64,000 bases of DNA from contig NC_134032.1 of the NCBI RefSeq assembly GCF_964204645.1, forward strand, positions 6,498,275-6,562,274, read 5' to 3'. Below the pieces are notes generated by a model. That model saw only the letters and a list, made by a program, of their open reading frames with translations, searched no databases and was not told the origin of the DNA. Shown piece by piece: positions 36,379 to 49,737 of this stretch (positions are counted from its first letter, which is position 1; every line of letters begins with the position of its first letter). A program made the translations under genes and the position numbers. Source of the stretch: Tubulanus polymorphus (taxonomy: Eukaryota; Animalia; Nemertea).

Positions 36379-36996
36379 TGTCACTAACGGGATCTTTGAA
36401 TTCCACTTGAGTGATAGAATGTTAACAAACGTCCACGAATAAACGAGTCGCAACACACAGAGTTCCTGTCTTCAAAATTACTTTTATTTCACGAACCGAT
36501 CTCAACGATCTAAAAATTTCTAGCGGTCTCCTCCACGGTCCAAAAACCCCAGTATATATAGTCAATTCTCCAACCCATCTCATTAGCGAACGACATTGCC
36601 AAAGCCCGTTAATTTGTCGTTAGCGCAACAGCGTTGCCCATAAAAATATCATTATTCAACCGAAATAATTACAAAAGGACATTATACGTGACAGTTTCCC
36701 ATAAAAATGTAACATTAACTTTGAATTATGTTCTTCAGCGGCAGTCGTTGCTCGCAGAAGCAAATACTTACGAACAACTGACGCGCATTAGTCGTAATTT
36801 TCCTAAGGTTCAATCTCAGTACAAAAAGTTATATGAAAGCTGACGCTGGAACAAAGTTCGAAAGTTTTATCACGAAAGATGGCACTGTTGAATGAGTTGG
36901 ATAATGAATGCGGAATAGTTTATGATATCGTTAGAAGATGGCAGCACTGCCTATGAATTGAGACTGCTGTTGAAACTCAATAATACCACTGTCACA
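36379..36996 (-). repeat. 5' LTR of the env-gypsy
   Basis: TG...CA, followed on the minus strand by the PBS. Confidence 0.96.
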
Positions 36997-38266
36997 CATC
37001 GACGTATTTAAATATGGCGGACTTTTCTGCACCTTTAAAAACACAAATATGGCTGTAAAAAGGAAAATAAGAAATTAATTCATGTCCGCACATGACGCCG
37101 TCGTAGAATTCGTAAAGTTTTCTATACTCGCTTCGCCAGCGAACTCGAGGCTTCCCCTTCCCGCTACCTGTACAGCAAAACCGTATTTCCATCAATATAT
37201 TTCATCAATGATCAAAATCAATATGCGGAAAATTTTGAAATGACATCTTACGAAATGGCCTCGAGCGAAATTATGATAGAAAAAAAACATAGATTTTTAT
37301 TCGTTTAAACTTTGAAAACAAAAAACTCGAATCGATAAGAGATATCGTTGTCAAAGTTCTACTCACTCATTCGCCCGAGGCTTTGCTACGTATTGCGCAT
37401 CGGATTTTCACAGCGTTCTTCGAGCCGATCGCGATTTCGCATCGTCGTTTCGAAAATAGGTTTCTTTTCGAAAGTTTCCGACGATTGCCAGAAAGCAATT
37501 CATTCAATTTCGAGACTATATCGCGATAATTCGAAGCACTTCGTCGTTGTTACCGACAGCCGCGGGGTGCGACGCAGGGCTAGCGGCGTTTTTGTGAAAG
37601 CAAGGCGAACGCAGCCGTATAAATCGAGGAACACGACGTTTTAACTTATATATTTAGACGCACTTTGTCAGCACTTTTTTCTATCGTTGTCGATTCGTTG
37701 TTTACGACTTCTACCATTGTTTCAAAAGTCTTTCGAATCGCACTTTGTTAACTCACGCACACACATGATCGCTCGTGCGCCCGAAATTGATTTGTTGGCT
37801 GGCTGTTTTGTTGTCTGCAATCTGCCTCGGAGTAATTGATGCGATGAATTGATATTCGCCTATAATCCGTGATCGAAACGCCAATTCGTGTCTTCAAGAA
37901 TTCTTACCATTCTTGAAGTCGTGATGCATCTGGGTGTAAGCCGCGTCGAAAGTCGAGACGCGGGTAAGGGAATATCCTAACCTTCAGATTTTCACCGAGA
38001 AATAGGCCGGTTTAGGCAGTAAAGGACCAGCGAGTGACACAGAAGATTGTATCTCAACTACCGAAATATATTCAGTCTTACACAATCTCACCTCTCGATA
38101 TCGAGAACGAATATATCTTTGTGCATAGTGCGACTGACATTGACCCCCTCCCCCGAAAAAAATTGAAAACAGAAGCCGAGAAGTCGGGATTCGAACACCG
38201 CGAGTAACTACATCGCTAACTGTTCGGTTCTTTTCGGTAGAGTTCTTCCACGGCTTTCGTTTTGCG

Positions 38267-39265
38267 ATGTCCCAGAATCTATCCACGCCGATCGGGCGTC
38301 CATACAATAGCTACATAGCCTTGATGTCGCTGCTGGGCAAATACGGCGCCTGGCGCGCGTTCGCCGTGGCCATGTCGGTCGCACTGTTTTCGCTGGGCGC
38401 GTTCGGTAACGTGGCCACGGTGCTCATCATGTCGCGCCCTCGTTTTCGGCGCCTTTCCTACGCCAACTACCTGATCCCGCTGGCCGTATGCGACGGCGTT
38501 TACATTATCAGCCCGACTCTGATGCCTTTGGTGCAATACTTGTTGAACGAAGTGACCAGCGGCCCGGTGGCAATTTTCAACACGCTCGCCGGCTGTCAGA
38601 TTTACGAGTTCATTGTCGGTCTGGGCCCGTTCACCGGCTCGTGGCTGATCGTGGCTATATCGTTAGAACGCCTGGCCGTCGTGCTGTTCCCGTTCGCGGC
38701 GCGGCGCGTGTGCACGGCTAGATTCGCACGCTCGATCGTGCTGGTAGTCCTACTCGCGAACATCGTCGTATCTTACTACGTAGAAGTAGTCTACATGCGG
38801 TTTCGCGACGCCGACGAAGGCTGTTTCATGGAGCTGTCGCGCCAGCGCGTTCTGTTCTCGTTCATCGTCTCGTACTGCTATATCGTACCCTTAACCGTGG
38901 TGATTGCCGCCAACGCCGTTACCGTGGCTTGCCTGTCGATCAGTGGGCGGGTCGCGTCGCCGAGTGTGACAACCGACGCCGGCGCGAAAACCATCGCGCG
39001 TACCAGGCGTACGACGGTGATGTTGGTCACCGTCTCATTGCTATTCGCTGCATGCACGATGCCGTCGACGGTCGTCACGCTGCTGCCCGTCGGCGATTTG
39101 ACGATCCTGCTGGACGTATTGTCGCAGCTTGTCGCCTGTAATTACGCCGCGAACTTCTACGTGTACGTTTTGCTCGGTAAAGACATCAGGGCGTATTTCG
39201 TCGCCAAACTCGCAGCCGTGTGTTGCTACTGTGGCGGGCGGGCGTCGGCGAAACGCGAGATTTAA
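38267..39265 (+). CDS. Intronless class A (rhodopsin-like) GPCR, peptide-receptor-like
   Basis: Seven hydrophobic segments; GN (TM1), LAVCD (TM2), C..ISLERL (TM3), FAACTMP (TM6), NYAANFYVY (TM7); GC-rich codons. Confidence 0.9.
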   Translation: MSQNLSTPIGRPYNSYIALMSLLGKYGAWRAFAVAMSVALFSLGAFGNVATVLIMSRPRFRRLSYANYLIPLAVCDGVYIISPTLMPLVQYLLNEVTSGPVAIFNTLAGCQIYEFIVGLGPFTGSWLIVAISLERLAVVLFPFAARRVCTARFARSIVLVVLLANIVVSYYVEVVYMRFRDADEGCFMELSRQRVLFSFIVSYCYIVPLTVVIAANAVTVACLSISGRVASPSVTTDAGAKTIARTRRTTVMLVTVSLLFAACTMPSTVVTLLPVGDLTILLDVLSQLVACNYAANFYVYVLLGKDIRAYFVAKLAAVCCYCGGRASAKREI

Positions 39266-39887
39266 TTTCCTGTTCGCATGATAGGAAAATATAACACGTC
39301 ACAAAAATAACACGTCCACATTTTTGGTGTGGTATCATCTATAAGCTCTTTTGTGTCTAAGCCCTAACATCAATAGTATACCCTATTGACCTGTCTTTTC
39401 GGCATCCTCTACTTCATATCGTACAACACAAACTCACGATCAGTTTAGAAGCATTTTGGGAAAAAAATGTACTTCATATTTCAATGAACATTAAGTTGAC
39501 ATCAGATCATAGATTGAAAAACTTAATACAAAAAAGATGCAAGATGATACAGGCGTTGATATACGCTACAAAAAAAACAATACGGTTTATGACCACACAT
39601 ACTTGGCGCCATCTATCATGAAAACTAAATACTAAGTGTCATTTTCTGCGGACAATGGCAGTCATTATTGAAAATAGCTTCTTCCATGTGCTTAAACCGG
39701 AATGGTAACGGGTTGTAAAAGCAGCTCCTTGCACATTATTATTCGAAAATGGAATTATTCAATTCATGGAATCAATTGTAAAGCTGAAAAAAGAAAAACA
39801 GTTAAGCTTCGGTCAAGGGAATGTTACCTAGAGAAATTGTTACCTAGCAGTGCGGGTTTGCATAAAAACGTGTGATTCAGCTGTTAG

Positions 39888-40055
39888 CACTGACCGAGGC
39901 TACAATATTGTAACCTAGGTCAATTCACTGCATAACTTTCTTTGTAAATACTGACCGAGGCTAAAATACTGTAGCCTAGGTCGGTTCACTGCACAACGTT
40001 TTTTGTAAACACTGACCGAGGCTACAATATTGTAACCTAGGTCGGTTCACTGCAT
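39888..40055. repeat. 61-bp tandem repeat, ~2.7 copies, each containing a palindrome
   Basis: GACCGAGGCTACAATATTGTAACCTAGGTC core in units at 39888, 39949, 40010. Confidence 0.85.
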
Positions 40056-40489
40056 GATCTTTGCTTGCGATACTGGCCCAACCCCAGTCGGTTGTTTATA
40101 AGTCTTTGAAGTACTGGCCAATTGGATGTTTCCTTAAACAGTATTTTGAAGATGTGGTGACGGAATCTGTTTTTTATTTCGTCATGAGAAGGTCCTACTG
40201 TTCGCTATTCTGTGTCGAAATATGAATTGAAATATAAAGGATCGAGTTTGTTTCCTTTCCCGATACTGTATTTATGCTTTTAATCATGAAGGATAATTGC
40301 GTTATAGCAATTATTGTGATAACCTACCACAGTCTCGAATTCACGTATAAGAAAACTGCAATTATCTTTAAATTCCAAATTCTATTCGAAAAGCGGCGTT
40401 TATGCGCACAATTCCTAAAATGTCAGAATTCCGAAAACTAGGGATTCACACGGTTAGAATGTTAACTAAATAAGTTTCGTCCGAGCAAA

Positions 40490-41146
40490 TCTATACTATA
40501 AGAAACTAACGGCGAAACTTTTCGGGTTGGTGTGGTCTGTGCGCTGCATGAACGGGTTTTTGGTATCAAATGTAAGATACCGGCCGTGTATATGTTCGGA
40601 TTTGTGCCGATACATAAAGTTTTGTTCGATTTTTGGATCATTATAGTTTAGGAGCTCTGCGTGACGTCACTGAGCGCGCAGATCAAAAATAGTCTGCACA
40701 CTGTGAGCATCACCTGTTGCTTGGTTTTTAAGGACAGTGTGCTAATTGACTATACATAAAAATGGGCTTGACAAAAATGTTCTTCCTGACAGAGGAATGT
40801 ATAATCGCACTGATATAGCTATCTTGCTAGGATGAAGGGTGTTTGAACTTCGCCGAATTCAGTTAAAATTCACCTAGATACCATAATTAATAAAATCTTA
40901 TTGACGGAAATTTACCGCTATAGTGAAGTTATTTCTCAGTGCGTTTTAAAAACACATTGAATTCGTCGTTCGTGGTCAATGATGGCGCAAAACAATTTAA
41001 ATTGCATCCAGTTGGGAGAATATTCCTTACTTTAGGGTGACTTAGTATTTTATAAATCAAGAAATAATTTACAATGGACTAATTTTCCGCTAGCAGCAAA
41101 ACAACACACGTGTTATCTTAACTATCAATGATAACGTCGTATCTAG
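40490..41146 (+). mobile_element. Possible non-autonomous Helitron
   Basis: A|TCTATACTATAAGAAA start; GTTATC..GATAAC hairpin shortly before CTAG|T; no TSD. Confidence 0.45.
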
Positions 41147-41489
41147 TTTTGCAAGTAGATATAGTCTTCCACCTCAATTGCAAATTTCATTGTTATTTTG
41201 CATTCATTTTGGTATTAATTGATTAAATATGTCTTGATCTAATTCGGTGATTCGGTGATTCGACGAAGTAGTGTGAAAGGTCCGAAGGCTATTTTCTGGT
41301 TCACGCGTGATAAACCCCGAAAACACTTCACGAAACAAATAAATAATAGCGATCAACTCTAAGACTAAAGAATATGCGTGGTTTCCACGCGAGAAGCAAA
41401 CAGGACAGTTGTTATCAAAAACTGTAGTAAATTTGTACTGTGGATATCCTTAGACAGGTATGTAACAGGGTACGATAAAAACCTCCAGG

Positions 41490-42030
<541 letters not shown>

Positions 42031-43869
42031 CAGCAAATTTGCCTCCACTCAGTAGATTATTTGTTTATTATCAAAATTGAAATAATATAATAGTTTTTTT
42101 TTTCAATTCTTAAGTTAATCAAATCATTATAATCTTTTGAAAGTATTATATCACTATCTCTTTCATTGAAAGGAATTTTTAGAATATTTATTATGTTTTC
42201 ATCTAAAGTTCCTTTAAAATTTAAAACTGTATTAAATATTTTAGGATTTTTGATTCCATTATGAAAAGTATCTACTAGTTCAGTAATTGAATATGTTTCA
42301 TTTGATAATATTTGATTAATTACAGTAATATTGTCAATTTCATAATGTCTTGCGGACACTAAATTTGTTGCTGAAATATAATTTTTAATGTTAAACTGTG
42401 AAAATATCTTATTGGTTTCATTGATTTCGATTTTGGATTTGGGTTCTTCTTCTTTCTTCATTTTTATAACAAAAATTTTATTAAAACTCATTCAAATATA
42501 AATATTCAAATATGAATTATTTCACTCACACTTTGTATGCTTAAAATCAAGTATTTAACACATATAAATATAAATATTCACTGTTTTAAATATGAATTAT
42601 TTCACTCACACTTTTTATGTTAAAATTTACATTGTATCATTCGAAATCTATATTTGATCTTATTTTCTGATTATTAACATTACTAACATTTTACTCTCAC
42701 TTTTAAAACATGAATATTTTAAGAGTAATTGGGAATATGTTGTTTCAGGTTAAGGGTCGAAGGGTCGAGCTCATGAAAAATAAAAATAAATTCTCGCACT
42801 TATATTCTCACATACTGGCGTATCTCAGTCATAAAATAAAAGTGGGTTATAGGAAAAGTCTACCCCCAGAGTGTTCAGTAATTCATTGTAGTACTAATGG
42901 CAATTTCCTGAGAAAATGTAGTGTAAACATTTTATCAATAGGAGTATAGTTGAACCTGAAATGGAGCATGCCTCGCAGATACGCCGGTTTGAGAAAATTA
43001 TTAGCTCCATTTATTTGAGACACGTCACTTAGGAATTTTGTATATCTCGCGAACCATAAGAGATATAAAGCTGGTATTTGGCATGGTTATATTGCACATG
43101 TGCCCTATCTATCTTCCGGCTATAACTCAAAAATCAATTTTTTTGAGATACGCCAGTTTGTGAAAAATGCGACGAGTTGTGGTTTCAGTATAAGTAATCT
43201 CGGCAATGAAGAATTCAAAACATCTATACTCATTTAGATCAACTTAAAGAAGTCGTGCAGTTTCACGTACGCCACCCGTTGTCGGCGTCGGAGATTTCTC
43301 TGTCTGTGATGAAACCGTACTCGAATCGCCCCATAAATGAGCTGAAAATGTTCAAAAACACGGAGATGCGGAAAAAGCCGCTTTCAAACTTATGGACGTT
43401 TTGAGTGACGGGAATGATACATTAGCACGGTTTGGTCACGTTAGAATATACCGTATTATGTTCGAAATTTTGCAGTGAACTTGCGCTGTCATTTTCAGTT
43501 GTTCATTAATTTGTGTAAATCCGTCTTTTCGTAGACGTGTTTCAGTCCGCTCAGCTTTAAAGATTTTGAGTGGTTCTTATAATTGTCGCATATTTTCATA
43601 GCCACTTGTCAATTCATACGCCTTAGAACAGCCGTTCCAGCCCAGTGTACGAATCATTATACATATATGTATACATATTAAAACCTCCAGTCCCTACATG
43701 TACAATATCAACAAGCTACACATGGACACACTTGCCTTGTCGACGTAAACAACAATATATATTCATTTGCGTGCGAAGTTCTGTTGGATTTTCAATATGG
43801 TATGTATATCGCGGGGAATGTTCAAGAAAAAGAATATAAAGCTTTTGAAGACTCGTAGTTTCAAACTAT

Positions 43870-44135
43870 ACCATCTTAGTTCAATTGCCGATCTAACAAA
43901 TTAAGACCAACCTAAGCTCATTTTAGTTATATGGCCAATCTTACAAATCAAGAAACATCTAAGAACATTTTGGTTTTATAGCGCATCTAACGTATCAAGA
44001 CCAGTCCAAGCTTATTTTGGTTATAGCCAATCTAACAACTTATAACCAGTCCAAGCTCGTTTAAGTTCTAAGGCCCATTTTGATTCTACAGTCAATCTGA
44101 CAACTTATGCTCACAAGCTCATTTTGATTCTACAA
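43870..44135. repeat. Degenerate ~42-bp tandem repeat
   Basis: Recurring CAATCTAACAA..ACCAGTCCAAGCTCATTTTGGTTATAG. Confidence 0.6.
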
Positions 44136-45584
44136 TAGTGATTTTCAGACATATAGGGATGATTGTCCGTCTGATCTATTTCGATTGTTTTGATCTGATC
44201 CTCCTTAGTGTTGTGTCTGTTAAATCTTTACAGAATGTTTTGTTTAAATCGATGTTGTACATATTGAAAATTTCGATTCCAGTTCGTGTAAACAATCTTC
44301 ATCAAGCCTGAACCGGTAGATGATTGATTATGGTTTATTATGATTGTTTGAATAAATAATCGCGATTTTGAAACCACTTTAATGGGTTAAGGTCACATGA
44401 TATGCTATATTTTCCGCTATGATATGTTATGGTCGTTTTACAATTCCAAATAGTCCGAGACATGCATTATTACCAAAGAACTTTACATCTGTTTCCCTGA
44501 ATTTGTCTGTAATAGGATCGACTAGTGTTGCGGTGTATCGCGGTGTTGATAGTCATCATATCATTAGCGCAAACGGTGACGACGGTGGCGGACCCTGGTG
44601 GCGACCAAGGAGGAGCCGCCGACGAGCGACAAATCAAGTATAAACAAGCGATGGCGAAAGTATTCGAAAATTTGGAAAATTGTTACCGTAAGTAAAACAG
44701 TTTTCCATCTGCAGCAAGTGTTTAGGACTAAAAATACAGCGAAACTCGCCGAAAGTCGTCGTAGGTGTAACGATCATTATGTTGATGATCACTTATCTAA
44801 GTTATGAAATAAGTTTCACTTAGTAATTTCAAATTTAGAAATTCAAATTGGCATTCGAAAATGGAGATAACTTCAGTAATGTCATGACATTCAAATAATG
44901 ACTTGCACACATAGTTCGCTAGTGATGCACTGACCCTTAATACGTATTCTAAAATGCTTCATTCACACTGGATCTGTGTGAATCTTGTAGTCTATCTATA
45001 CAACAAAGTGACAAGGCAGGCAGGAGTTTTTTATTTATAAAAAAAACACACAGATTTGTGGATAGTCTGCACCCGGCAGGCAGGATTTTGTTTTATTTTA
45101 TTTTTATCAAAAATAAATTTATGTAACTTTTTTGAATAAAAAAAAAACATAGAAATTCCCAAATATGGATATAAAATGGTAGGGAAAGCCCCGAGTTATG
45201 ACCTACTGACTGCATATTAATGTTTTCAAATGACTTATGGTCACCGGTACCTAATAACAAGAAAAAAACTATAAGTGACTGTAGTCACGGTGGGCGTTAC
45301 CCCTCGTTTAACTGTATTTCTATTCTATGCGAATACATATACATGTACGAGGTAAAATGGTTCGACTCATCCAGTCTTTATGCAATAGATAAACTAATGC
45401 TGAACTCCTTCCGAGCCCCCAAGCTTACATACATGGTAAACCAAAGTTATTTTTCCAAAATGAAATACGTTACGGGAAACCTATAGGGCCCTATAGATTT
45501 TGTATGGACTAAACAGCATTATGTTCAATTGAATCACCGTGAACATCAACGGCCTTGAACCCGCTACTGTTGCCTAAAGGCTTA

Positions 45585-45822
45585 AGGCTCAGACACACTG
45601 GGCAATTTAGTCGACAGAAATCGCCTTTCACAAATCATGTGAATCACCGAAGAGCCGTGATTGGTCGGTTGAATACGGCGCTCGAGGCGAACGATCACAC
45701 TAGGCTAAGTCACCGGCGACGAAATCCAACGATTCGGACGATTCCTTCGTCAATCTGACACGAACGCGATTTCGCCGCCCGATAAAATCGCTCGACGAAA
45801 TCGCCCAGTGAGCCGACCGCTT
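45585..45822. mobile_element. Harbinger-like MITE
   Basis: Arms CACTGGGCAATTT / AAATCGCCCAGTG, TAA at both flanks. Confidence 0.5.
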
Positions 45823-46309
45823 TAAGTCTATTCTTTACCGAGTGCGGCTTATGTGGACTGGTACACCTGTCGCTCCGATGAATTTCTCCCAATTCATGTA
45901 CAACACGTAATAAATATCAGCTTAAATTAAGTTTTATGTTCACCCGGCAGGCCGGATTTTTCAAATTCACACATGCTTTTCGAAGGTACCCAGCCGCCAG
46001 GATCTTATTTTTGAATTTTCAGCATGGTTTTTCCGATCCGGCCGCTACGGAGAAACAAGGTATCATTTTGTTTAGCCTTGAATTTATCGATTTTCCGTAT
46101 TCCGCGACACTTTCCTCAGTTTCGGTTCACTCATGATGCACTTGCGTAGTGGTCGAGGGCGACTATCTTCTATTTCAAATGGGGAAATTTAGGCGCTAAC
46201 ACCCTTTTATGCGGATAGAAAGCACTTCATTACGAAATACCTACCTGCCACAGTAAGAATTGGGTAGCGCCTGTGAAGCAAAAACATAAAACATTGTGTG
46301 AAAAACAAT

Positions 46310-47660
46310 TTCATTTTTCATTTTTTCTCCACTGCAACAATCGGACCGATTACAGTTTAAAAAAGATACGGCACTTTTATGAAGGCGCCTCAGAAAAATT
46401 GGTAATTTTATGTCATTGGCTGTAACTCTTTCATTTTTTTGAGATACAATGTAGTATTTTTCACTGGAGATACACATGTAGTATAATCTGAGGATTTTGT
46501 TGATACTGCATTCGTAAAAATATCGTCATAGAAACGCGCGTGGCCACCAGTTGAGTGAAGCGCAAAGCGCGCGTGAGTCGTCGATTTTTGCATATGCAGA
46601 TTTCATGGAAATTTTCAAGATTTTCAAGATTCTTTTTGGATTAGAATCATCGTTTCATTGTTTCCATGTTGGATTGAGGGTACCTGGTGTTTTTCCAGGG
46701 TAATTGAATTTGCAACGATGTATGATGTTCGCACAGACCGATTGTTTTTATTGAAACACTGCATCTTTGTATTGAAGTCGTCTCACCTAGAAGCAGTTAT
46801 CCTCTGTTCTTTGATCGACACTGCGCTCGGTCCCATGTTTAGCGTTCGACGTTTGTGAACATTGTTGGTCGGATAAGGCAAGTTTCTTGACACATTTTTC
46901 TAGACTAGATCCAATCCCAATGCGAAGTAACCGATTTACTGCATTTGGTATGTTTTCAGACACCAAACATCTTTTGAATAGAATGCTGGTTTGCCGTGCA
47001 ATACATGTTATGCTGCACATCATGGCAAAAGTAAATGCGATGTCTCTAATCTTCCATACATGTATATAATTTCGGAAAAATAAATACAGACACAGTTTAG
47101 CAATTGCCATTCGAGTAGATATATGAAATATTCAGACTCCACTGTTAAATAATTGAATTTCATGTTTTGCTGCCTCCCGGAACAAATTGACTGATGTACA
47201 TTTTTGTTCATTTCATGTTTATTGCTAATGAAAATCGTAAATGTCCACAGAACCCTAACCTACTATGAATTTCACCCTGGAGGGGCTACCTCAATTCAAC
47301 ATGTAAGCAATCGAACAATGATTTTAATTTTAAAAAAATCTTGAAAATTTCCATGAAAATAGAGTACACTGCGCGTATGCAGAAAATCGACGGTCGACGA
47401 CTCACGCGCGCTTTGCGCTTCACTCAACTGGTGGCCACGCGCGTTTCTATGAAGATATTTTTACGAATGCAGTATCCAGAAAATCCGCAAGTAAAACTAT
47501 ATCTTCAGTGAAAAATTCTACATTTGTACCTTAAAGAAAATTTAAAAAGTTACAGCCATGACACAAAATTGCCAATTTTTTGAGGCGCCTTCCTAAAAGT
47601 GACGTATACTTTTTAAACTGTAACTGTAACCGATCGTTGCAGCCGAAAAAAATGAAATAA
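46310..47660. mobile_element. Non-autonomous element with ~320-bp inverted arms
   Basis: 46310-46630 is the reverse complement of 47335-47660 (shared core CGCGTGGCCACCAGTTGAGTGAAGCGCAAAGCGCGCGTGAGTCGTCGA). Confidence 0.8.
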
Positions 47661-49071
47661 ACACCATCAGAAAATAGAAATTGTCACCTTTCTAGCGATA
47701 CATGACTTTTTGTGGCAAAAGCGGTGTAGACTACAACTAATCGCGCTGAAGATTTTATCGTAAAAATTCTAAAATCCGTCCAACAATACGGGACCTGCGG
47801 GACCGAATCAAAATGGCAACTGGTAACTGGAAACTTCCCTATTAGAAATACAAATTCGGACTCAAAATAACCGATTAACATATATATCAGGGTTCGGTTA
47901 AGATATCGAGGGGTCTTACCAATTTCTCTTGTGTTCTGTATTTTTAGGTGACCAGTGCGGCGTGGAAAAGTCATCGGGAATCGAGAACGAATGCACGGCA
48001 GTCTGCAATAACGCCGCAATGTCCGAAACGCATAAAGTCTGGGGCGAGTTTAAACCGGGCGATATCAGTCAGATGCAGCCTCGGAGGGAATTGTAGGATA
48101 ATCAATTCACCTGCCACGAATGAAGAGACACCCAGTTTCACAGTTAAGAATGAGAGTTAACTCTCTAACAATATGGTGGAACTGCGTCTTCTGACATAGA
48201 AATGAGTTTAAGATATGACTTCATTTGAAAACGAATTAATTTCACCTCTGCGTTACTTGCATTGTAAAATGGTGTTCATGTACATGAATGTATTCTGAAT
48301 AAGACACATACAATATCACAAAAGAAATATGCGTTAGTTAAATCTCCTTGTAGTGAACAGATTTCCCTCAAGCATATATTTTGTCCGGTCTTTATATTGA
48401 AGACGTGCATATGAAAGGTAGCATAGAGGTCTTATGCAGCCATGTGCTTCTCCGACTTGACTTCCCCATATATGTGGTCAAACACAGAGACCGATCTACA
48501 TGACATACCCTCTACGTTTATAAATCCCCATCAAATGTTGGCGCCAACTGGAGAACCCTCTATTGGTGGTCAAACGCAATTAGTGATTTACATGACAAAC
48601 CCTTGGCGTCTGTATATCCACTGATTCGACATTTTCAAAAAATGTAAGATTAATCTGTTTTATTTTCAGAGAAAATAGTCATGCCAAACAAAATGATATG
48701 AAAAATGCTATGAAAATTCCAAAAATCTTAAACGATAACGGAGGGGTCAAGCTACTATCGCTTAATTCCTTGAAATGCCATCTTAATTGAGTCATTTCGT
48801 AACATAAATAATATCGCAGGGCATATCTAGAGGTAATATCTAAGGGACCTAACAAATTTTCGTCTGGGCAAAGCGATAAGAAAAGGGCATGGATTTCAGG
48901 TAGAAAACCTTTTAATTTTTAAATTTCGCAAAGAATTGTGCCTTTGTTTTACAGAAATTTCCCTTTCTTCTAATTTTACAACTTAAGACCAGTCTGAAGA
49001 GGTAGAAACTTTAGTATTCATTTCATGACGACAGCGCAACTGGGCTCTGGTTATGAATGAATACCCCGGAT

Positions 49072-49737
49072 CTACGACTGCATCTGCTTTTTCCGCTGCT
49101 TGCGTCCGTCATCACCGCCAGCAGTCGCTTCGAACACCGATTTCTCTAACCGCGCCAGCTCGCGTATTGCACCGAGTTTACGCCTGAATTCGGCGAATGC
49201 GTCGCACGTCTTATCGAGAAACCGAAGATCCGGCCGCTGGCAGTTCTCCGCAACGTAACGCTGCAAATTCGCGCATAACGTATTGACCGTTTTCGCCGGA
49301 TAACGCTGACCGCCGCGGTTGCGTACCTCGACGATAAACCGACATAGCCAATAATTCAACTGATCGGCAGTCGTTGACTGAAAGTTATCACCGACGTCCA
49401 CTTGTCGGTCGATGCTAGCTGACGCGTTCTGCTCTTCCGCCCAAGAGAACCAATTACGGGCGGCCCAAAGCGACATCTTTTCCGTGTTCGCCGGGACTTG
49501 TTTCGCGGTGGTCGTTTCTCCAGATCGGTCTACATCTGGTTGATACGGCTGCATAATATTTTCCTCCCCGCACTTAGAATAATCATGACTTTGCTGCGAA
49601 TTCGAGTTCTGATTCGTAGTGTGACATTTTCGACGAGCTTTTTTACTAGTTCTAGTCTGTTGTTGTTGCTGTATTTTTTGTTGTTGTGATTGGTGGAATT
49701 CGTCAAACTGCCCGTAAAGCATTGAGGTCGTCACTTC
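49072..49737 (-). CDS. Terminal exon with polyQ and a Crypton-derived (ZMYM/QRICH1/KCTD1-like) N-terminal recombinase domain
   Basis: tttttacag| acceptor; PANTEKMSLWAARNWFSW..LNYWLCRFIVEVRNRGGQRYPAKTV..LQRY..F..FRRKL; stops before the catalytic DUF3504 region. Confidence 0.72.
   Translation of the reverse strand, partial: EVTTSMLYGQFDEFHQSQQQKIQQQQQTRTSKKARRKCHTTNQNSNSQQSHDYSKCGEENIMQPYQPDVDRSGETTTAKQVPANTEKMSLWAARNWFSWAEEQNASASIDRQVDVGDNFQSTTADQLNYWLCRFIVEVRNRGGQRYPAKTVNTLCANLQRYVAENCQRPDLRFLDKTCDAFAEFRRKLGAIRELARLEKSVFEATAGGDDGRKQRKKQMQS

Larger units (their letters stand above)
26078..36996 (-). mobile_element. Intact env-bearing Ty3/gypsy element (invertebrate endogenous retrovirus) with chromodomain
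   Basis: Identical 618-bp LTRs (26078-26695, 36379-36996), 4-bp TSD CATC (26074-26077, 36997-37000), PBS, PPT at ~26696-26710, uninterrupted gag, pol and env. Confidence 0.97.

Noticed and set aside
38185-38220. GTTCGAATCCC motif suggesting a tRNA gene (similar motif near 50110-50125)
   Set aside because: No cloverleaf or acceptor stem found; at most SINE remnants.
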